From contig JAFKKF010000007.1 of NCBI GenBank assembly GCA_017305635.1, positions 349,330 through 381,329 of the forward strand: a stretch of 32,000 nt of DNA, in the 5' to 3' direction. Positions within the stretch are counted from its first letter, which is position 1. Each line of letters starts with the position of its first letter. A program made the translations under genes and the position numbers. The notes below the pieces were generated by a model. The model ran no database searches. It was not told the origin of the DNA and saw only the letters and a list, made by a program, of their open reading frames with translations. Source of the DNA: Hyphomicrobiales bacterium. Lineage in GTDB: Bacteria > Pseudomonadota > Alphaproteobacteria > Rhizobiales > Kaistiaceae. Below, in pieces: positions 8,387 to 16,000 of this stretch.

Positions 8387-9357
8387 GGATCACCAAAGGT
8401 CTGATCATCGCCGACCCGTGGATCGGCTACATTCTCAGCGGGACCAAGGACTGGGAGATGCGCTCCTCGGGGGCGTCACATCGCGGCTGGTTTGCGCTGA
8501 TCCGTAAAGGCAGTGGGACGATCTATGGCATTGCCCGACTGGTCGACGTGGGGTCGCCGCTATCGCCAACGGAGATGGTCGTCACGTTCGCGCATCATCG
8601 TATTCCCGAGCACATGATTCGGTCGGGCGAAGTCGCCAAATGGAATACGCCTTGGAAGCTCGCCGATGTGCGTCGGTTCGAACGTCCGATCCCGTATCGG
8701 CACAAGAGTGGTGCCGTGACTTGGGTCGAACTGGACGACGCAGCCATCGATGGTGTCGCCAGTCAGCTCGAGGCTGGAGATATGACGATCGCCCCCGAAG
8801 CAGCAGCGCGGCCGGATGACGGCTCGCGGCGTGATCGCGTTGGCAGCGCCGATACGGTGACGGTTGAGGTCTCTCAGTGCGGCAGGAAGCTGCATATCGA
8901 CATCGAATGGGATGATCGGGAGCCGGACGCTGTCGCGGCGGTGAAACCGCGACCTGCGCCAGTATCGCCCCGTCCTCTGACGCTGCCGCCTATAACGGCT
9001 GCGCAGACAGCAGCGGGGCGTGTGATCGGCGAGGTGGAGATTGCCGACGGAAATATCACGAACAACCACATCTACCTGCGCTCATTTTTCGACCGCTTTC
9101 CGGCCGACGTCATTGGCGGTTCAAACAAGGCGACGAGAGCAAGGCGCGATCTCACGATCGACTGGGGCGGCGCGGAGCCGGTCCAGACCGACCTCGACGG
9201 CCAGAAGAAGTTTTTCCGTGCTCGCGGCTGGATCGGCGCCTTCTATCAGTTGCATCGCGCTCAGGCCGGGGACCGCGTCGTGGTCGAGGAGATCACGGCC
9301 TATCATTATCGCGTCAGTCTCAGAAAACAGGGACCGCGAGCAGGAGCGGCCCGATGA
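8383..9357 (+). CDS. ASCH (PUA-like) domain protein with an A/P/R/D-rich linker and an unassigned, possibly B3/EcoRII-N-like, C-terminal domain
   Basis: 324 aa. N-terminal about 115 aa contain the ASCH signature GxKxxExR (SGTKDWEMR) in an ASCH-like context (IIADPWIGYILSGTKDWEMRS...GTIYGIARLVDV). C-terminal about 100 aa: NNHIYLRSFFDRFPADVIG...DLTIDWGG...KKFFRARGWIGAFYQLHRAQAGDRVVVEEI. ATGA overlap with the helicase stop; SD GGAGGAA at 8371-8377. Confidence 0.8.
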   Translation: MRITKGLIIADPWIGYILSGTKDWEMRSSGASHRGWFALIRKGSGTIYGIARLVDVGSPLSPTEMVVTFAHHRIPEHMIRSGEVAKWNTPWKLADVRRFERPIPYRHKSGAVTWVELDDAAIDGVASQLEAGDMTIAPEAAARPDDGSRRDRVGSADTVTVEVSQCGRKLHIDIEWDDREPDAVAAVKPRPAPVSPRPLTLPPITAAQTAAGRVIGEVEIADGNITNNHIYLRSFFDRFPADVIGGSNKATRARRDLTIDWGGAEPVQTDLDGQKKFFRARGWIGAFYQLHRAQAGDRVVVEEITAYHYRVSLRKQGPRAGAAR

Positions 9358-10346
9358 TCGACGGATTGGACGACCAGCTTTGTGATTGGGCTGAGCTGAA
9401 AGATCAGGAGGATTGGTCGGGACTGCTCATCGGCAACGGATTTAGCCAGAATCTGTGGCAGCGTTTTGGGTATGGTTCGCTATTCGAGACCGCAGCGCAA
9501 GGCGATGGAGCGCAGCTCAACGCCGCAGATGTCTCACTGTTTGACCGCCTGGAAACACGAAACTTCGAAGTTGTTTTGAGCGCCTTGGCGACCAGCAAGA
9601 CCGTGTCCGCGGCGCTCGATCAGCCACTGGCCCCGTTTTCAGAGCGAGAGGTCAGTATTCGGGAGGCGCTGATCCGGGCCGTCCATTCGGTCCATGTGCC
9701 ATGGCAATCCGTACCTGCCGCCCACCTCGACGTTATCGCCGCCGAACTATCAGCTTATGCGTCGATCTACTGCACGAATTATGACCTCACGCTCTATTGG
9801 GCGCTCATGCGGAATCAGAACGGCTTCCGGGATTATTTTTGGTCGGAGAAGTTCGACGTCACAAACACCGAGATCTGGGGCAAAAGGACCAAGGTGCATT
9901 TCCTGCATGGCGGCCTGCACCTCTATCGGCGACCGAACGGCCAGACATTGAAGAGACCGGCCGCGGCGGGACAAAACCTGCTCGATCTGTTCGGAACCGC
10001 CTATCAGGATTCTATGCCGCTCTTCATTTCGGAGGGGACGGCTCAGGAGAAGCTCGCGTCGATCTATCGGTCCGACTACCTCTCCTTTGTATTCGCTTGC
10101 CTGGCGCAGGACACGGAACCCTTGGTTGTCTTTGGTCACAGCCTTGGCGACAGCGACAAGCACCTCATAGACGCTATCGGAAACCACAAAGGCCGTTCGG
10201 TTGCCGTATCGCTCCGCGCCTCCGGCAACATTCGGCAGAAGAAGGCCGCGCTGATTGAAGCGCTGCCCGAAGCCACGCTGCATTTCTACGACGCCGCCAC
10301 GCATCCGCTGGGCGCAGAAAACCTCCAAATTGAAGAGCCCGCGTAA
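9354..10346 (+). CDS. DUF4917-family protein (SIR2-like fold inferred)
   Basis: 330 aa. N-terminal WSGLLIGNGFSQNLW matches the DUF4917 opening motif (LLxGNGFS). Also FLHGGLHLY and VVFGHSLGDSDKHLIDAI, which parallel the GxG..S / LHG / fGyS..D layout of SIR2-like defence proteins. ATGA overlap with the upstream gene (9354-9357); SD AGGAG at 9342-9346. Confidence 0.8.
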   Translation: MIDGLDDQLCDWAELKDQEDWSGLLIGNGFSQNLWQRFGYGSLFETAAQGDGAQLNAADVSLFDRLETRNFEVVLSALATSKTVSAALDQPLAPFSEREVSIREALIRAVHSVHVPWQSVPAAHLDVIAAELSAYASIYCTNYDLTLYWALMRNQNGFRDYFWSEKFDVTNTEIWGKRTKVHFLHGGLHLYRRPNGQTLKRPAAAGQNLLDLFGTAYQDSMPLFISEGTAQEKLASIYRSDYLSFVFACLAQDTEPLVVFGHSLGDSDKHLIDAIGNHKGRSVAVSLRASGNIRQKKAALIEALPEATLHFYDAATHPLGAENLQIEEPA

Positions 10347-13072
10347 TGACCCAGAATTACAAAAAGAAACTCATAGAAATCGCAATTCCACTCGAGGCGA
10401 TTAATGCGGCGTCGGCGCGGGAAAAATCGATCCGACACGGGCATCCGTCGACATTGCATCTATGGTGGGCGCGCCGTCCGCTCGCGGCATGTCGGGCGGT
10501 GCTGTTCGCCCAGCTTGTCGATGATCCGTCGAGCCATCCCGAAAAATTCGTGACCGAGGAGGAGATCGAAACTGAACGCGATCGTCTCTTCCGGATCATC
10601 GAGGACTTGGTGAAGTGGGAGAATTCTACCAACGAGGAAGTTCTGGAACGCGCCCGCGCTGAAATTCGCAGGAATTTTCCGGAAGGCGTCCCTCCGGCCT
10701 ATGACCCCTTTTCCGGGGGGGCCTCTATTCCACTCGAGGCTCTCCGGCTCGGTTTGCGGTCGACCGGGTCTGATCTCAACCCTGTTGCCGTGATGATCGG
10801 CAAGGCAATGATCGAGCTGCCTTCCCAATTCAAGGATCGGAAGCCTGTCCATCCCGGCAAACTGGAGCGCCTGCACTATCGCGGCGCTGAAGGTCTTGCC
10901 GAGGACATTCTCTGGTATGCGCAGGCGCTAACCGACAAGGCGCGGGAGAAAATTGGACACCTCTATCCGCAGGTCGCTCTTCCTAAGAAGGATGGCGGCG
11001 GCGAAGCTACCATCCTCGCTTGGCTGTGGGCCAGGACCGTTGCTAGTCCGAACCCGGCGGTGCGCGGCGCCCATGTCCCTTTGATTTCCAACTATTGGCT
11101 TTGCAACAAGCCCAAGAAATCAGTTTGGGTGCAGCCCACCATCAGCGGTTCTGACATCTCCTTCGAAATTCGCACTGGTAAACCCGCTGATCCGGGTGCC
11201 GTCGCGGCAGGCACCAAGGCGGGCCGGGGTGCGAATTTCAGATGCCTCCTAACCGGCGACGCGATCACGGCCGACTATGTGAAGGCCGAGGGCATGGCCG
11301 GTAGGATGGGCTGGCGACTGCTTGCCATAGTTTTGGAAGGTAAAGGCGGACGCCGATACGTTGCTCCAACAAAAGAACATGAAACTTTGGCTTTCAGCGA
11401 AAAGCCTGATTGGAGGCCGGAGTATCCTCTATCGCAACATCCCCAGTATATGAGTGTGACCAATTATGGTCCGACCAATATCGCCGATCTTTTCATGGAT
11501 CGGCAGACCATCGCGTTGAATACATTCATGGGCATCATTCCAGATGTTGTCCGCGAAATCTCGGACGAAGCATACCGAAAGGCAATCGTCTCATATCTTG
11601 TGTTGGGCGTGAGCAGGTTGGCTAACAGGCAGTCGACAAGCGCCTTTTGGGATACCGCTGGAGAGAACGTGCAGCAGGTGTTTGCAATGCAGGCCTTGCC
11701 GATGCGCTGGGACACGGTTGAAGGAAACCCGTTCTCGTCGTCCTCGGGCAATTTCATCGGTCAGGTCGAATATCTGGCGAAAGCCGTGGCCGCTCTTCCC
11801 TGTTCGGATCAGGGTGGCATCGAACACCAAATGGATGCCCAGAACGTAGATTTCTCAGGCTTCGTTATCTCTACCGACCCGCCGTATTACGACAACGTCC
11901 CTTATGCGGATTTGTCCGATTTCTTCTATGTCTGGCTGCGGAAAGGGCTGGCAGGGGCCTACCCGGACCTGTTTTCGACCATGCTGGTTCCCAAGCAAGA
12001 GGAACTGGTTGCCGACTATAAACGCCACGGCGGTAAGGACCAGGCCGACAGCTTCTTTCTCGAAGGTATGACTACCGTCATGCGTCACATGGCGACGCAG
12101 GGCCGGCCCGATGTGCCTGCTGCGATTTATTATGCTTTCCGGCAAGGCGAGGTCGACGAAAGCGGTTTCTCGGTTAAGGGGTGGGCGACCTTCCTTCAGG
12201 CGATTGTCGACGCCGGCTATTCGATCGGGGCGACATGGCCGGTACGGACCGAGCTTGTTGGCAACCTCAAGAAAAACAAAAACGCGCTCGCTACGTCTGT
12301 CGTGATGGCGTGTCGGCCTCGTGCGGCGGATGCCGAGACGATCTCGCGCATCGAGTTTATCCGGGCGCTGCGCCGTGAACTGCCCGCAGCCCTCAAGGAG
12401 ATGCACCGCGCAAGCATCGCTCCGGTGGATATTCCCCAGGCTTCCATCGGCCCCGGCATAGCGATTTTCAGCCGCTACGCCTCAGTGATCGAACGCGATG
12501 ACAGCCCGATGTCGGTGAAGACCGCCTTGCAAATCATCAACGAGGAACTGGATCAGTATCTTTCCTCTCAGGAAGGTGATTTTGATCCGGAGACGCGCTT
12601 TGCCGTGACCTGGTTCACTCAGCATGGGTACGAAAAGGGCTTGTTCGGCGATGCCGATAACCTTGCTCGCGCCCGTGGCATTTCGGTGGACGATGTACGC
12701 CATGCTGGCATCGTGGAATCATCGGCAGGGCGAGTCCGCATCTACAAGCGGGAAGACCTAGAGGACGATTGGAATCCCGAAACGGACCGCCATCTCACCA
12801 TCTGGGAATGTTGCCAGTATCTCGTGCGTCAACATCAACTGGATGGGTTGTCGCATGAGACGGCATTGCTCCTGAAGAAGGTTGGGAGCGACAAGGCCGA
12901 GGCGGTGAAGGACTTGGCTTACGTCCTTTATGAAATCAGCGACAAACGGCGGCAGGATCGCCAAGAGGCCACTACCTACAACGCGCTCGTCACCGACTGG
13001 ACCGAACTGACGCGGCAGGCTGCGGCGATCCACGACACCGTCGGCGATCGCCAGATCAAGCTGGACATCTGA
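10346..13072 (+). CDS. DUF1156-family DNA amino-methyltransferase (N6-adenine or N4-cytosine, DPPY type)
   Basis: 908 aa. Hallmark DUF1156 N-terminus LIEIAIPLEAINAASAREKSIRHGHPSTLHLWWARRPLAACRAVLFA. AdoMet motif I-like DPFSGGASIPLEA (10703-10741). Catalytic motif IV DPPY at 11876-11887 (ISTDPPYYDNVPYADLSDFFYVWL). The start overlaps the upstream TAA by 1 nt (TAATG). Confidence 0.9.
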   Translation: MTQNYKKKLIEIAIPLEAINAASAREKSIRHGHPSTLHLWWARRPLAACRAVLFAQLVDDPSSHPEKFVTEEEIETERDRLFRIIEDLVKWENSTNEEVLERARAEIRRNFPEGVPPAYDPFSGGASIPLEALRLGLRSTGSDLNPVAVMIGKAMIELPSQFKDRKPVHPGKLERLHYRGAEGLAEDILWYAQALTDKAREKIGHLYPQVALPKKDGGGEATILAWLWARTVASPNPAVRGAHVPLISNYWLCNKPKKSVWVQPTISGSDISFEIRTGKPADPGAVAAGTKAGRGANFRCLLTGDAITADYVKAEGMAGRMGWRLLAIVLEGKGGRRYVAPTKEHETLAFSEKPDWRPEYPLSQHPQYMSVTNYGPTNIADLFMDRQTIALNTFMGIIPDVVREISDEAYRKAIVSYLVLGVSRLANRQSTSAFWDTAGENVQQVFAMQALPMRWDTVEGNPFSSSSGNFIGQVEYLAKAVAALPCSDQGGIEHQMDAQNVDFSGFVISTDPPYYDNVPYADLSDFFYVWLRKGLAGAYPDLFSTMLVPKQEELVADYKRHGGKDQADSFFLEGMTTVMRHMATQGRPDVPAAIYYAFRQGEVDESGFSVKGWATFLQAIVDAGYSIGATWPVRTELVGNLKKNKNALATSVVMACRPRAADAETISRIEFIRALRRELPAALKEMHRASIAPVDIPQASIGPGIAIFSRYASVIERDDSPMSVKTALQIINEELDQYLSSQEGDFDPETRFAVTWFTQHGYEKGLFGDADNLARARGISVDDVRHAGIVESSAGRVRIYKREDLEDDWNPETDRHLTIWECCQYLVRQHQLDGLSHETALLLKKVGSDKAEAVKDLAYVLYEISDKRRQDRQEATTYNALVTDWTELTRQAAAIHDTVGDRQIKLDI

Positions 13073-13085
13073 GGGGGGACGGAAC

Positions 13086-16000
13086 GTGGCAAAAAGCACG
13101 CGCCAATATGTGTTTGAAGGAATGGAGTTGCTCCCGGCGGCGCTCATCCCGTTCGTAGAGAAAAGGCTGGAAAGTTCGCTTAAGGGGCACTGGCAGGTCC
13201 AGGTGCTGGAGAAGTTGCCGAACCTGCGCCCCAACAGCAGCGGTGAGGTCGGTTGGGACCAGGCCGCGCTGTTCAACGCCATGGATCGCTTTTGGAGCGA
13301 GGCGTTCAAGGCCGTGCTTGGCCGCGCCGAGCGCTCGCTGGTCAACGAGCTCGGGGATGTCCGCAACAAGCTCTCGCACAACGAGACCTTCACCTACGAC
13401 GACGCCGAACGTGCGCTCGATTCCATGCGGCGCTTGATGGAGGCGATCAGCGCCGGCGAGACGGCGGAGCAGCTCGGTAAGATGCGCGACACCATCCTGC
13501 GCACGAAGTTCACGGAGCTTCAGCGGAACGAGGAGAGGCGGAAAACCCAGCGCCTTGAGATTTCGGTCGAGACTGTGGCCGGGCTGTTGCCGTGGCGCGA
13601 GGTGGTCGAACCCCACCAGGATGTCGCCACCGGCGAGTTCCAGCAGGCCGAGTTCGCGGCCGACCTCGCCAAGGTGCATTCGGGCAGCGCGCCACCGGAA
13701 TACCGCGACCCGCGTCAGTTCTTCAGCCGCACCTATCTGACGGAAGGTTTGAGCGCGCTGTTGATTGGGGCCGCGAAGCGGCTGTCCGGTAGCGGCGGCG
13801 ATCCGGTCGTCGAACTGCAAACCAACTTTGGCGGCGGCAAGACGCACTCGATGTTGGCGCTCTATCACATGGCTGGGCCTGCCCCCGTGCAGGACCTCTC
13901 CGGCTTGGACCAGTTGCTCGAAAAGCAGGGGCTCAGCGTGCCGCAGGGCATCAACCGCGCCGTGCTCGTCGGCACGTCGCGCGGGCCGCAGGACGTGCTC
14001 CATGCCGAGGGCGATCGGAAGATTCGCACAACCTGGGGCGAACTCGCCTGGCAGCTTGGCGGCGCCGACGCTTTCGCCATGGTCGCGGAGAATGACGCCA
14101 GCGGCATCGCGCCGGGCTCGAACCTGCTGGAAGCGCTCTTCAAGAAATATGCGCCGTGCCTGATCCTGATCGACGAATGGGTCGCGTACCTGCGTCAGAT
14201 CTACAAGGTCGAGGGACTGCCGTCCGGGTCGTTCGATGCCAACCTGTCCTTCGTCCAGTCGCTGACCGAGGCGGTCAAGGCCAGCCCCGGCACGCTGCTC
14301 GTCGCGTCCTTGCCGGCCTCGCAGATCGAGGTGGGCGGCGAAGGCGGCCAGGAAGCGCTTGCTCGACTCAAGCAGACCTTCAGCCGCGTGGAATCCTCAT
14401 GGCGTCCGGCGAGTCAGGAGGAGAGCTATGAGATCGTCCGGCGGCGGCTGTTCAAGGACATCCCCGGCGACAAGTTCCACCATCGCGACAACACGCTGAA
14501 GCAGTTCGCGAAGCTCTACCGTGAGAACGCCAACGATTTTCCGCAAGGCTGCGCGGACGAAGACTATCGGCGCAAGTTGGAGAAGGCTTATCCGATCCAT
14601 CCCGAGTTGTTCGACCAGCTCTACACGAGCTGGGGGTCGCTCGAAAAATTCCAGCGCACGCGCGGCGTGCTGCGCCTGATGGCGCAGGCTATTCACGAGC
14701 TGTGGATGAACGCGGATCCGTCGGTGATGATCATGCCGGGCAGCGTGGCGGTGAGTTCACCGCGTGTGGAGCCCGAATTGCTGCACTATCTTGAGGTGAG
14801 TTGGCAGTCGATCATCGCCGGCGATGTCGATGGTGCGACGTCCACGCCCTACAAGATCGACCAGTCCGCGCCCAACCTAAACCGATACTCTGCGACGCGT
14901 CGCGTCGCGCGCGCGATCTTCATGGGGACGGCGCCGACGCATCAGCAGCAAAACACGGGCCTCGACGACAAACAGATCAACCTCGGCGTCGTGCAGCCCG
15001 GCGAGCGGCCCGCGATCTTTGGTGATGCGCTCCGGCGGCTAACCAACCAGGCCAAGTTCATGCACGCTGATCTCGGCCGCTACTGGTATTCCATGTCGGC
15101 CAGCCTCAATCGCATCGCGGCGGACAAGGCCGCGCAGATCGAGGCGGCATTGGTTGACGTTAGGATTGATGCGGAACTCGGCAAATATGTGAATGGCCTT
15201 GTGGACCGCGGGCATTTCGACGCCGTGCAGGTTGCGCCTGCTTCATCGGCCGAAGTGCCCGATGAAGCCGGAGGCGTGCGGGCCGTGGTGTTAGGGGTTG
15301 CACATCCACACAGCGGGCGCGACACGTCGGAGGCCCTCGCCGAGGCTAAGGACATGCTGACGCAGCGCGGTTCCGCACCGCGCGTTTATCGCAACATGCT
15401 GGTTTTCATTGCCGCAGACTCGCGCCAGCTCGATAACCTGAAGGACGCTATGCGCGCGTCCCTGGCCTGGGGCGAGATCGTTCGTGACAAGGAGCGTTTG
15501 GAGCTTCGGCCGAGCGATCAGAAACTCGCGGAGGCCAAGCTGGCCGAGGCGACAGAAACGATGAAGACGCGCCTCAAAGAGGCGTGGTGCTACCTGCATT
15601 ATCCGGCGCAGGAGAGCGCTCAGACCGATGTGGAGTGGGTCTCGGGCAAGATCCCGGCGCAGGATGGGCTACTGGCGCGCGCCAGCAAGAAGCTCGTGGC
15701 CGAGGAAGGTCTGTTGACCGAGCTGGGGCCGTCGCGTCTCGATCGCGATCTCCAGAAATACATCTGGAACGACAAGCCACATCTGTCGCTGAAGGATCTG
15801 CGGGAATACCTCAATCGCTACATCTATCTGCCCCGCCTCAAGGGGCAGGACGTCCTGATCAAGGCCGTGCAGGCGGCCGTCAGCGGCATGTTGCCCGGTC
15901 CCTTCGCCTATGCCGAGCGATGGGACGAGAAGACCGATACCTATCTGGGGCTCGCTATCGAGCGGGGCGGCAACGCGCCTGTGGTGATCGACAGCGATAG

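Noticed and set aside
13056-14003. 315-aa minus-strand ORF, and the 211-aa ORF at 12758-13393
   Set aside because: They are antisense to the MTase 3' end and the HEPN/Walker A region of the DUF499 gene. They are shadow ORFs.
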